A stretch of 64,000 nucleotides of DNA, taken from positions 6,014,001 through 6,078,000 of the forward strand of contig OZ234494.1 in the NCBI GenBank assembly GCA_965153455.1, given 5' to 3'. The position numbers were made by a program, and so were the translations under genes. Positions 40,593 through 53,722 of the stretch are shown here, in pieces; position 1 is the stretch's first letter, and the number at the start of each line of letters is the position of its first letter. Source of the DNA: Sphagnum compactum (taxonomy: Eukaryota). The notes below the pieces were generated by a model. It ran no database searches, was not told the DNA's origin, and saw nothing but the letters and a program-made list of their open reading frames with translations.

Positions 40593-40920
40593 GTGAGCTT
40601 TACTTTGAAGTCTTCCCAACTGAAGAAGCAGCAATATGGTAATGTTGAACATGTTCAATTGACTAGGACAAAAAGTACCCTACATTTTGTTTCTGATGAG
40701 TCTATGTATTCTATATATGTTTTGGATTCTTAAGATCGACCTTTGGTATCCACCATATCCATGGATAGCTCCAATCTTGAGTGTAGAATGCTCACCTTTT
40801 CTGTCTCTTTCTATATCTAGTCTTCTCAATCAAGAATGGACATGTGCCCATATATTGTAGTGGACACTCATGTGTTTTTTCTTCTGCAGGCAACTTAGGA
40901 TTGTTCAAACTTATTAGAGA

Positions 40921-41296
40921 GAGCATCCCCACCAGTACCTTCTTATAGTATGTGACCCTGCAAAAGTATTTCTCACATCCCAGTTTAGTTATTTACTTTT
41001 TGGCAACCCCACCCATAAAACTGACACTAGGACAGCAAATAGGTGGGAACCACTAATAGCAAACCACCTGGACCAATCATCATGTTTGGCCAATCAAAAA
41101 CAGAACAGGGAGCAGCAGTCAGTCAGATCATATTTATTACACTCTTCTCTAGCAGATGCACAGGGTTTGCTTGCTTCGCCTCTCACCAGCGTCAGCAAAG
41201 TGAGCACCTGTGCATGAGCTAAACCGGCATGTTTTGACTTTTCTTCATCTGAATTTACTGTGCAGGGTCGCATACTCAGCACTGGTGGGGTTGCTC
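40921..41296. mobile_element. MITE with terminal inverted repeats, PIF/Harbinger (Tourist)-like
   Basis: The left end gagcatccccaccagt..agtatgtgaccctgca is the near reverse complement of the right end tgcagggtcgcatactcagcactggtggggttgctc. GAGCA termini are typical of Harbinger-type elements. There is no coding capacity and no clear TSD. Confidence 0.7.
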
Positions 41297-42349
41297 GTAG
41301 AGCATCTCCACCCCACACCGGCAAACAACCCTTTTCATTAAATCTTGCAGGGGGATAGTGCTGCAGGTCCTCCTGATGCGCTCCTATATTAATTAATGGT
41401 CCATTTTGCAGTGGTCATTTTAACCCCTTTAAAAACTTTTTTCTACTATGAATTTGGACAGTAGTGACTATTACTCGTCCAGATGTAAAGACATAAATGG
41501 TCTTTGAGTGTTTAAAGGGACCAAGCTGGTATGTTTAAAAAAACAAGTTGATACCAGACCAACGACCAAACCTGCCTTTCAAATTTTCTTTGTCTGGACC
41601 AGTGTTGGCCGGTTATTTGGATTTTGGCAATAACCGACCAGGTTTTTTAGGGTTGTCATAAAGAGTTTTAAATATTTAGACCCGTCAGTTATCAACATTA
41701 ATGTCCAAATAATACTCTTGGTTATGAATGTGCTCGGTTATTTTTGGAGTGATGAATGACAACTAGTTATGCATGCAGGTTGGTTCTCAAATACCTGATT
41801 GAGAACCATCAGCAATAATGCCAGTTATATAAATTTTTAACTGTTTAAAAAAATAAATTTCCTGTTATTCTAATTTCTATCATAAATTTTTTTAGGTTTT
41901 TAGGATTGATATCCTACTTGGATGACAATCGGGCCATCTGGGTAGGTTATTAAAATTTGAAAACCCAATACTAAACAGGTAGGTTAATTTACCGAGTTTC
42001 AAAGCAATCAATATAATACCATGGTGATAGGTTATCGATACTTGGGCCTGGACCTGGCAAATTACCTGAGCCAAGAAGCAAATACTTTTCCATGGGCTGC
42101 TTTTCAATGTAAATTTGCACGGTGGTGGTTTGTTTATGGGATAATATCAAGAAAAAAAAAATAAAAATTGATGGCCAGAACCATCACAAGGGAGACAAAA
42201 AGGGAAGGCCAAATAAAGGCCTAAAGATGAACAGCTCGAAGAACCAAAAAAAGGGAGAGAGTTAGTCCTTCTCGTGGTAGGAAGCTATCTCACCCACAAC
42301 CCCTCTAATGTCACTTGCATGCAAATTGTGAGATCTAATAATAATGGAA

Positions 42350-44330
42350 GGTACAGAACACACATCACTCGCCAACACAATCTTCCTCTTTATAGTAAAG
42401 GTTAAAGCATGCTGAATGGCAATCTTCCTCTTTATAGTAAAGGTTAAAGCATGCTGAATGGCAATATTAACATGTTTCCTAAAAAATTGAATTTAAAAAG
42501 ATAAGGATAAATGACCTTTTGATCGTCTATCGTGGAAAAAACAAGCACAATCCCTGATAAAATGATCCATATCATGCTTAGGTGCACCGTGCACCTCCAT
42601 GGCCATCGGAATAAAATGGTGCCCCTCATGAAGCCCTCTATATTTGCGAATTTTAGCAATGGTGCTAAGTTCATCAGTTGCCCCTGTTGATTGAATAATG
42701 ACACTGAAAGCCACCGTCTCCCATGTCGGGTCAATAACCACCACATTAGCAACGAATACCTAGTCCTTTCGGGTCATGTAAAGATCAATTCGTAATGAAA
42801 CTCCTAAAATAAAGGTGTACCATTGCTCTTTCCATACAGCGTGCCCATTTTCTTGAGCAAGAACATACATGACATCTTGGATGGCATCATGTGTAGTTAT
42901 CCACTGACCTCTAAATGGGCAACAAACTAAATGCATGCTAGATGTGTCCAACCCATGTTCACATTTACACGTGAAAAGACTAAATGTCGAAGGTTGAATC
43001 AAATCAAGACGAGAATGCAACGCTGAGACGAAAGTAAAGTGTTTGATGTGAAACGAACAAATAGATGGCCTAACAACCAACCATAGCCCTGCCCCCTTGC
43101 ACGAACAAGAACGAATGTGGGCTCTAGATGCTGAGGAAATGCAGTCATATTCCAAGATAGACCTAAAGAATGTGTCATGGTGGAAGTCCATCAAAGATGC
43201 CTACAGATTTGGGGCGCTGATAACTATCAAACTTTCAAAGGAAAGGTGCATATCCCTAGCTTCAGGAGGAAGGCCATCTTGCACTACATGTAAGCAAGAT
43301 TGAAGCAAATGTGGGCCCCCCTTCAACCTAAGAAATGTATTTTTTCAAAACAGGTCTATTGAAAATATGAAACCTTGAGCACAAATATGGAGCCACTAAA
43401 ACCCAATTCCCAAAAAAAACAGATGTGGCACAATCCTCCATAAAGAGAAGGCCTATACCACCAGAGGATATCGGTAATTGAGCCTAACACCTAGTTAAAG
43501 GGCCCTAAAAGATTCCCACGATCGTGGACCCATAATGTCCCCACATATTTACATAACTTTCTCGTCAAAACCTACCAGGAAGTATTGTCTGTGTGAAATA
43601 AGAAAATCGACGAACTACAAATGAAGACAAAATGCCCAAAGCAACATGTGTGTCTCCTAGGAGGAAAAGATCATCAATATGCACCACATCTTGAAATAAA
43701 GCCTCATCCAAAAAATGAGTGGCAAAGTCTTGAAAACCCACTAATACACTAAAAAATGCGTAAGCCATTTATGACCAAAGTGCAGCCTTGAAGAATCTCT
43801 ATGCCTCAAGAGATCCCTGATGGACTACAAAGCTTGCACTTTGATACTTGACCTTAAGCCCAACTAAGGTAATTGGGTTGAAAGGTGGTCAAATGCACGG
43901 GTAATCTCACTCAAAGACCCCATGATGTGGGTATCGTCCGTTAAGGATGGAAAGACACAACTAACGGCCCGCACATGGTTTTAGGACCTCTTAGGGGGTC
44001 ACCTATCTTTTGCCTGAAGATGACTCAATAATGGTGACCCTTCCACATGCCACCCATGTTAATAGTAAAGAGAAGAATGGGCGCCATAAAACAACTTCAT
44101 AAAAAGGACAATGCTCGCCAAAAACCCCCGGCATCACAAAACTCTCTAAAAATAATAGGTCACAAAATGTTATTAAAAACGTTTTCGACGTCAACCTACA
44201 TCATAGCTCAATCAGGGTGTCAGTCAAAGAGGTTTTAGATGCCAAAAAGGATGGCATCACATCTATCAAAGGTCGAAACTCCAAACTAGTGGAAAGATAA
44301 GTGCTCCTAAAACAGACCTAGAGCGTCTTT
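42350..44330 (-). mobile_element. Degenerate 5'-truncated non-LTR retrotransposon, CRE-like (RT + CCHC + restriction-like endonuclease)
   Basis: Minus strand: VDVENVFNNI and CVFPSLTDDTHIMG (RT), RAHIRSCSCKGAGLWLVVRPS, CKCEHGLDTSSMHLVCC..THDAIQD (zinc knuckle), RIDL...VVVIDP and KIRKY..HHFIPMAMEVHGA (REL endonuclease). A 42-bp local tandem duplication lies at ~42378-42465. Confidence 0.8.
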
Positions 44331-47300
44331 CCCTAATCACACCACCAAACTTCTTTCACAATTTACAATTCAATTATAAGGAAAAAAAATGAGGTGAAAT
44401 TTTTATAGTTAATTAATGAGTCCAACCCGAAATGCTAAGAGAGTCCATAGAGTTAAGCTAACCAGTTAGAGTAGTAACCAAAGTCAAGTTAGATTTTGAT
44501 GGAGTGGTACCAACTATGATGAATCTATGACACTTCAAAGTAAAGGAAATGTGAAGTATGGATACGAATTCTAAGTAACTATGGAGTGCAACAACCGATT
44601 GGTATCAATATACTTACTAAACCCTAAGTACGGAAACTATAGTACATATTCCTAAAATAATCCCCGAGCATAACACCCATTCATAGTGTGTACTTGGCAC
44701 AACAACTTGGACCCAGCAAAGACAAATATTTTATTTTTGTTGCAATCCCTCCCTCGTCAAAATGCAAGCAAGCGAGGAGGACGGTTTATGGGAAGTGTCC
44801 CCCCATGATGACCAGAGTCAGATACAGAGTTCCGATCCAAACAGATGTAGGTACCCAAGTACAACCAAGTACTTAATAGGGCTTTTCAAAGAGGGTTTTT
44901 CCCAACACAAATTTTTTGTCTTCACAACGGAGTCATAAGGGGTTTCCAATGGATTGTTCACTCGTGGTTGGTGGGTCACATAATCTCTTAGTATCCATGT
45001 AGGGTTATTATTATCCATGCATCATCATACGGGGTACTTCTATTGTTGGTTATATTAATGGCACCTATTGTTACTTTTATTAATTAAATTGGGGTGCCTT
45101 CCAAATTCCTTTATTTAGTTTTGATTGTTGTTGGGTTGTTGTTGCAATGAACCATTTTGATTGGCCTATATAACACAAGATTTTATTATTATTTGAATTT
45201 TTAAAACTCAAACTTTGGAAGCTCCCCAAGAAAGATAGGGGTTTCTATGTGAAGATGTAGTGGCTCCCTTTTGACACAGCTATATAGGTGAGAAGGCAAG
45301 AACTTTGGGTAAACCATATGGGATAATAGTGTGATGCTATTGAGGACAACCTTTGGGAACATATTTTGGAAATAGATTGGGAATTTGAGGAAGATAGACT
45401 TGACTAATAAGTAGCCCCTTTCCATGAACCTTCAATGTAGAGGTTTAATTGTTTGTGTAATAAGAGGGGCTTTACAAAGTTGGAGAGGATATGTGTGAGT
45501 TGATTGGGAAAAAAAAATGAAAAGCAAAAAAGTCTTGCCAGTTTCATCACTTAAATAAATTTTCAGGGTCTTTTCAAACACCATGCAAATTGAAATTACG
45601 GGTGCACATTTCTAAAGGAGGAGTAAGATGGGAAATGGGGCCAAATCTCTGAAAAAGAGCAGTTGTTTTGGTTGTTGTTGTGTGGTTTTAGGGTTTAAGG
45701 AATGAGCCCACCACCCACACAAGAGCAAAACTACTTGCTCCTTCTTAAATAATAATTATTATGCACACACTACCTAATAATAAGTAAACACTCAAACTAA
45801 CTAATGTGACAATTTACTGTGCAAGTTCAGTTCTAATAAGCCTTTGAGACTTGAAATCACAAAGTGTGAAGAAGAAGTTCATGGGATGAGAGATGCATGT
45901 CAAAAAGAGAGTCAGGGCTTGGAGCATTGCTTTCGCAAGGTTTTCTTTCTGACAATTGCCACAACTGAAGGCAGCAAGCCAGGACAAACTCTCCAAAGTT
46001 GAGCATAGCCTACTTGATGAATATTTCCAAACTAAGCTGAACGAGAGTTGGCCATAAAAAGCCCTAACAACACGGGAATAAAAATCCCATGTCACCAGCA
46101 GACGATGATCTCCACCACTTGCAGCCAAGCAAATCCGATATGGGATTAGATCCTCCGGTGCGTGTGCTCCTCCTGAAGCACACAGTTGAAGGAAAAGAGT
46201 TCAAAATTCCCAAAAAGTTTGTAATACGGGTTATATTATATGAGGTGTATACGGATTAAACATACATACATCATAAGGCAATCGTAGTAGAGGGTATGTT
46301 ATATTTAGTGGCGAGAGAGAGAGACTTTAAGCCTAACAAGTAGGTTAAGGTTCTCTCCTACGTGTAAGACCCCCTCCTCGTCTTTTCTAGGAAGGATATT
46401 CAAAAATACAAGGTGCTCTTCAAATACACTTAGGAAATTTTCCCATCTCCCCACCCACCCACCCTCGTTGGCATGTCAATAGTATGGTGCTAGATTTTTT
46501 GTGCACACTAGATTGGATCCTTGCAAATATGCAGAGTTTAGATTCCCTAGTCCATGTGTCCTATGTTTTGAACCTCTGAGCTCTGCACTCTTGTCATGCC
46601 AATGAGTCAAGATGAGTCCAAGGAAGTTACACAACAAACAACACCACAACATGACAAAGAAGCCCTCATTTAAAGATGAGTTTTAGTTGTGCTTTTCACA
46701 CAAGGATTGTCACCATATTGGTGTTGTTTTATTTTTTCTCAGATTCCTTTGGAGTAAGGAAGGGCCTTTATGTTTTGTCATTCCAATAATTTTCTTTAAA
46801 ATGCAAAAAAAAGGGGATATGGAAAAAGAGCAAGCCGTCTAAAAAAATGGTGAATTTGGGCCATTTTTTTTTCTTCATAAAAATCCTTTTGTACAAATCA
46901 CGGTCCCATTTTTTTGTTTGTTGCTTGCCAAGTGGCAAAATTTTGCCACCTAAAAAAACCACTGCTTCCAGCAGGAAGACAAAAGAGTTAAAGGATTTTA
47001 ATTTTTAGTATGTGAGGTATAGCCAAATTTGGCTAAATCTTCTTATGGATGATCACCAGTTTGGCTTCATTGAAGGGGGAAAAAAAGAAGGAAAAAAAAA
47101 CCTTGTCACATATTATGGAACACAATTCTCATGTATTAAGCAATTGTCAATCAATCTCCCCTCGCTCGCGCCTCCCTAACCAAACTGTGACGAAACAACA
47201 CCAAAACGACATGAGAAAATGACACAAAACAAACGCACACAAATTACTATACTTTGTGGGTCCAGGAAATCCAAGAAACCAAACCCTCCTCCTATCTTGG

Positions 47301-47808
47301 AGAGGGGGGGGTGGGGCTGGGCTGGGCTGGGGGCATTACTACAACATACCACCGAGTACTCAGTTGCTTACGAATGGAACACGCACAAAATGGCAAGCAA
47401 AAAACCGTGAGCAACTTCGCTCAGAAAGGCCTCCAAGAAAAACAAAGTTGGATGATGGAAAGGAAAGGAAAGGAGGCGGCCTTACTACTACTACTACTAC
47501 CCACATGGGACTTATACACGCGTTATCAAAACAGTGGCCCGAGTTCGCCAGCACCACAAAAATATTTGACCGATATTTTTTTCCAGGTCACAAAAAGCCC
47601 TTTTTGACATAGCCTCGTGTAGAAACCCACAAACTCCCCACCCGAAGAAGAAGAAGAAAAAAAAAAAAAAAACCCCCCAAAGCCCCCACAGAAACAAACA
47701 GAGCCAAACTGACCCAAAACAGAAATAGAACAGGACAGGAACAAGAACAGAACATTACAGAATCAGAACAGCCCAGAAATAAGAACAGAAAACATTATGG
47801 AACAGAAC

Positions 47809-47898
47809 ATGGAGAATATGGTTGCAGATATTTTGACCAAAGGACTTTCTATTGACAAGCATGAATATTTTCGACACTTAATGGGTGTGATTAATTAA
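47809..47898 (+). mobile_element. Ty1/copia RNase H C-terminal fragment
   Basis: Translates MENMVADILTKGLSIDKHEYFRHLMGVIN*. ADILTK is the hallmark copia RNase H motif. Confidence 0.8.
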
Positions 47899-49355
47899 TA
47901 GGTCTATTTTATTTTATTTTTATTTTTTTATATGAGGATTTTTGAAAGCTGATATTTTTGGCTTGTGTTGAAACTTGAGTTTAGTTATCAATCAGAGTTA
48001 GAATATTTTGAAGGGATTTTGGTTTCTTTTAAAGGATGGATTTTTATTTGAAGATTATAATATATTTTTGCATGGTGAAACTATATTTGAGTTTCCATTA
48101 AAATTCTTCTTTTTTGCCTTCAGATAGATTTTTTTTCAAGTAAATGGCAAGGTCATAGTGTGACACACCACCCCTTGTTTTGTTTTGCTTCCTTTGTTGA
48201 AAGGCCTCTACTTAACTAGGCTACAAACTACTTACTCACAAAACTACACTTTTTTCTTTCCTTTTCTGTTCTGTTCTGTTCTGTGGGGGGCGGTTTTGGG
48301 GGCGGGGGGAGTGGGTGTTGTGTTTTTTCCGCTGTTTCCCAAGAAAAAGCAAAAAATCTACTTACTTACAGTTTTGGGTGACATGAAAAGTCGGGCTGGT
48401 ACTTACAGACTTCTTGTATACTTTAGTGACAAAGTGGAAGGGAGAAGAAGCAGGCAGCAGCCGCTGGGGAGCGAGGGCTGGCTACCTAGCTAGCTGGGAC
48501 GGAGGAGATGATGATGATGATGATGATGCTGCAGCAGCAAGAGAGAGATTTGAAAAAATGGGATCTGAACGACATAGATATCATAGTACGGTGGAATTCC
48601 TGCAGAGAGCTAGCTGCTGCTGCTGCTGTTGCTAGTGTACGTGATTCTTCTTCTTGTTCACACTCATAGATCTAGCTAGCACAGCTACCTAGCTTAGCTT
48701 GCTAGTTGTAGCAACAACGGATGAGCAGCAGGCGAGCGATCCTAGCAAGCAAACAAGCAAAGGTTAGGTGGTGGATGGAAGACTACTAAATGCGGATGAT
48801 AAGAACAAGAAGACAGAATAAATGAGGAATGAATTCTAGATGGGGAGATGATAAGAAGAAGACGAAGAAGATGATGACAGAATGAATGAGGAATGAATTC
48901 TTACTTAAAGAAGAAAGAATGAGAGGAAGACTGGGAAGGAAGAAAAAAAGTCCCAAAACCCCCCAAGGACTGTGAGGGGTGGACTAGGAGATGGGGAATA
49001 TTCCTTGGTACTGATGATGCAGGAAGCAGGAATGAATGGTATGTATGTATGTATGTATGTATATATGTATTGTATGTACGTAAGTATGTAGTGTATGTAT
49101 GTATGTGATGGGCGAGCCAGCCGGGAGGGGAGGGGAGGAGGGGCGGGCGAGCGAGTTTTGCGGCACTTCAAAGGAGCGATGGCCCCGAGCCCCCCGCGGA
49201 CGCCCCCCTCCGCGGCCGGGCCTCCCAGGTTCCCAGGGAGGCAGGGACGGAGGGACGGAGGGGAGCGAGGGAGTGAGTGTTCCTGATTTGTTGTAAGAAG
49301 AAGAAGAAGAAGAAGAAGAAGGGGGATCTCGTTCCGTCCCATCCGCGGGTAGTGC

Positions 49356-49438
49356 GTCACGTGCGGCCTGATATGTGCTCCTGTTTCTTCAATGCTAGAC
49401 GCGCCGGTACATGCGCCCAGCAGCGGTCCCTTATAAAT
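49356..49438 (+). promoter_or_regulatory. Candidate core promoter of the MADS gene: G-box (CACGTG 49358-49363) and TATA-like TATAAAT (49432-49438)
   Basis: The motifs sit in a GC-rich island followed by ~1.07 kb of microsatellite-rich leader-like sequence up to the ATG. TSS inferred only. Confidence 0.45.
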
Positions 49439-50517
49439 CCTCGTCGCTGCCGAGCGTCACTGATTGCGGAGGAGGAGGAGGAGGAGGAGGAGCAACAAGC
49501 CCAGTAGTAGTTCTGCTACTGCTGCTGTTGCTATTGCTGCTGTTAGTTGTATATACACTTGTTGTTGTTGTTGTTGCTGCTGCTGCTGCTGCGACTCGGC
49601 TACAAAATGTTAATGTTGTTGCGCAAACGGAATTTGAATACGCGCTGTTTATACAGTTACAACAGTTGTCGTCCTCGTCGTTGTTGTTGTTGTTGCTAGA
49701 TTGCTGCTTCTGCTGCTGGTCATTGCTGCACTTGTTGTGGTGGACTTTGCATCAGGGGTTGTGGATGAAGAAGAACATGAGGGAAGAAGTTTGTTGCAGC
49801 CCTGTCGTCGAGTGCAGCAGCACCAGGACTTGGTGCAGGTGTCGTAGTAGGATCACGGGTAGTCGTCGTAGTAGCAGTAGCAGTACTAGTACTAGTAGTA
49901 GTAGTCAACGTAGTAAGCTGCTAGCCGGAGGAAGGGAGATCATCAGCAGGAGGATTGAAGCTGTAGAAGTCAAGCTGCTGCTGCTGCTGCTGCAGGTGAT
50001 GATGATACGCGGCGTTTTGGCTGCCTCCAGCTAGCTAGCTCCCTTTGTTGAAAATCAGCAAGTCGAATGCCTGCTGGAAGAAGAAGAAGAAGATCAAGAA
50101 TGTTTCCAAGAAGGAGATGAAGAGGCGGAGAACTGCAGGTGCGTGGCAGAGATTTGGGGAGACTACTAGAGTAGACTAGAGTAGAATACACTAGAGCTGC
50201 TGCTGCTGCTGGCTTTGCCAGGGTACAGGAAAAGGATCATCAGGTCATCAGGCGGCGACAGCAGCAGCAGTCGATGGTAATTGGGTAGAAAGGCTGAACT
50301 TGAGAGATCACTCGCCTGGGGAAGGAGGAGGAGCAGAAGAAGAAGAAGAAACAGGAGTTTACAGATCCCGTTTTTTTTGCTTTTGTGGGTCGTAGTAGCT
50401 ATCAAGCTAGTACTACTACAACAACAACGAGGAGCCAGCCTGGGCTGCAGCAGCAGCAGCTGCTGCTGGTGGTGGTGGGAGGACGAGCTGGAGGAAGAAA
50501 GAAAGGAGGTGGAGGTT

Positions 50518-52153
50518 ATGGGTCGCGGCAAAATAGAGATAAAGAAGATTGAGAATCCAACCAGCAGGCAAGTGACATTCTCCAAGAGGCGCGGCGGTTT
50601 GTTGAAGAAAGCGCACGAGCTGGCGGTTCTGTGTGATGCAGAGGTGGCTCTCATTGTGTTCTCCAGCACTGGCAAGCTGTTTGAATTCGCCAGCCCAGGC
50701 AGGTAGGAGCTTCTGCAAGCAGGAGAGCAGCCACCAACACCAAAAACACACAGACACAGAGAGAGACAGAGAGACAGAGAGACAGAGAGTCACACACACA
50801 CACAGAGAGACACAGAGAGGCTCTTCCCAACAAGAGCTTGGCTTGTTGATCATTCCCTACTGCTGAAGTCCTGATGATTGTGTTTGGTGAATTTTCCTGA
50901 ATTGCAAACAAAAGGATTTGGTACAATCTATCCTTGCAAAGAAAGATTGGTACCACATCCTATTGTTTGCAAAAAAAAGAGAAAGATTGTACCAAATCCT
51001 TTTTTGTTTGCAAACAAAAAAGAAAGATTGTACCAAATCAAATCCTTTTTTTGCTTGCAAACAAAGAGAAAGATTGTACTGAATCCTTTGCAAATTATGG
51101 TAGTACTAAAATCCTTGTGAAGATTTGTACCAAAATTCTTGCTCAGATTGTCTCCCCAAGTCTTTAGCAGTAAGCCACCTGACCCAGGTTGTAGCAGATG
51201 CTGCTGCACAAGTTTGAGGAAATTTTACATATGGGAAAATTCCATTGATCAAAATGGGGGTCCAGACTTCAGAGAGTTGTGATTTGAGTATCATCTTGTT
51301 GGTGATGCAAAAACCCACAGCAACTTCTCTTTTTCTTTTTTCCTGTGTTTTTTTTAAACTACTGGAAAAATTCTTGCAAGAAGAAGTTGGGCATCAATTT
51401 CTTACAAAAATTCATTTCTAAGATTTAGCTGGCTACAAGGGAGGAAGAATTGTACAAATTACAGTGTGTCTGTTTTTTTTTTCCTCCCGTTTTTTCGGTG
51501 GTTCATTTTGAGTATTGGATGCTTACCAGTTGGACCTTGTCCTTTTTGTCCTCATGTGCTAAATCCTAATTCTGAATTTTCTTTTTCTCCCTTACAATTT
51601 TTTCTCACCTACATTGTTCTTCACATCCCAATCAGTTTGGTAGAAATGCTGAAGCTCCCAATCAGTTGCTAGAATGCTCAAGCTTCGATCAGCATCAGGA
51701 GCAGCCGCTGCTGATTGTGAGAAGCTAGCTGACAACAAATTTGTAAAATGGTTGAAAAAATGGTTCAGAAATTCAGAAATGTGCCCCCTTTTTTTTGGTT
51801 TTAATCGTGGGGGGGGGGGGCTTTGATTTTTTGAGATTTTTGAATCTGTAGTTTGATTATGAGTTTTCCAGATGAGAGAGAGTCTTCTTTACTAATTCAT
51901 TCCTTGGGTGGTGTTTTTTCTTTTCTTTTCTTTTTTTGCCCCTTGGCATTGTCTGTGATTATCAAAATCATCAAGCAGTATGCGAGATATTCTTGACAGA
52001 TACAACAAGTGTCCTGATGGAGTGCAAACAGGCAGCAGCAACAGTGATGTAAGAGTTTTGGGTCCTTCAGCAGCATTCAATTTTTCCTTGCAATTGATAC
52101 ATTTGTTGTTGGTAGGCTTTTTTTCTTTTTTCTTTTCTTTACAAGGCTTGTTT

Positions 52154-52211
<58 letters not shown>

Positions 52212-53677
52212 TTTCCATACTACTTGCATACTCAAATTTGGAATTTGGGGAAGAATTCCAAGTGCTGCTTGTTTTTGTGTGTGTGTGTGTGTGTGTTTTT
52301 TTTCACCCATTGCCATGCTTCTTCCTTTGCAGTTCTTGGGACGTGAAGTTGTTAAATTGAGGCAAGAAGTGGAAAGGCTGCAAAGCACACAGAGGTGCTG
52401 CTCTCTCTCATTCTCTCAATGTATTTTGCATTGTCTGAATAATGATAAATTTTCAAGGGACAAAAACCCATCAAAAACAACTGAACCAAATATTATTATT
52501 ATTATTATTATTATTATTTCTGCATTGCAGGCATATGCTTGGAGAGGATCTTTCAGTGTTAACTGTACCTGACTTGCTGCAACTGGAACAGCAGCTTGAC
52601 ATAGGATCTTCTCGTGTTCAAGCATGGAAGGTAAATGTATGAGGATGCCAGCATTACAAGTGGGGGCAAGGAGTTCCTCTTGAATCCACATTCTGAAACT
52701 CCTTCCCTCCCCCAAGTGCAAAGCAATCCCTAGACTTTCCATTTGTGTTGTTGTCCCCCATAAAACTCTCTTGCTCATTCTGATGCCCACATTTTGTATC
52801 AGAATTTGACCTTTGGTTGGTACCTTGGCACTGCAATTGCATCATCCCCAATGTACTAGGTAGTTCAATGGACCCATTTTCCTCCACTTGGAGAAAGGCA
52901 GCTCATTTATTAATAATTTGGGCTTTTTTTCCTTTTGGTGTGTGATTTTTGTCAATTTACAGAATCAAATCTTGCTTGAAGAAATTGAGGATCTTCGAAG
53001 AAAGGTAACATTTGATATTTTTCCTTAATCCGAATGTGTGCAAAATGGGTTTTTTTTTTTTTTTTTTCTCTAGTACAGAAAAAAAAAGAAAATTTTAATT
53101 TATTTAAAATTTTACATTTGAAAAAAATCAAATTAACTGGCTCAAGCAACTTTTTGGCTGTCTGAAGCTGCTCCATTTTCTTGGTCTGATGAAAGTGGCG
53201 GTGCTGGATCAATGGATCTTCATGTTGCAGGAGCACGAATTGCAGCAGGCAAATGCTGAACTGCTCCAGAAAGTAAAAATATTATATCTGCTGCCACGAC
53301 CCACTGTCCAATTTCAATTGTTACTTTCTTTGTTTGGTGGACTTTGGACTGCAAGTCTTTTGAAGATCAAAGTTGCTGTAAACTTTTTTTCAAAATTCAT
53401 GTTTCTCAACTGAAATATGCAAAACCCATTTTGAGCTTATTCTTACATAAAAAATTTCTTGGATGGTTTTTTTTTTTAGCTTGCTGATGCTAAAGGGATA
53501 GCAGAAGCCGTTGCCAGAGCTGGACCTTCAGCGAGTCAAGGCCAGCAAAACATTCTAGCTAGAGACCCTGGAGGAAGCTCCCTGACTGCACCGACAGTGT
53601 ACCCATCTCACCCAAATCTTCGAGATCCACAGACATCACAAACCTCTTTACATCTAGGGTAGGATTCTGGAACCCAA

Positions 53678-53722
<45 letters not shown>

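Noticed and set aside
47023-47032. CArG boxes CCAAATTTGG (47023) and CCAAAATTGG (55741) near the MADS gene
   Set aside because: They are expected by chance in AT-rich DNA and both lie in repeat-like sequence.
48600-48735. Possible pre-miRNA hairpin
   Set aside because: Only ~8 bp of contiguous pairing plus CTG/CAG repeats, with no 21-nt duplex or recognised miRNA.
49411-50517. 207-aa ORF and an N-terminal extension of the MADS ORF from 50281
   Set aside because: These are homopolymer runs from trinucleotide repeats. The extension starts at TTG, and the canonical MGRGK start is at 50518.
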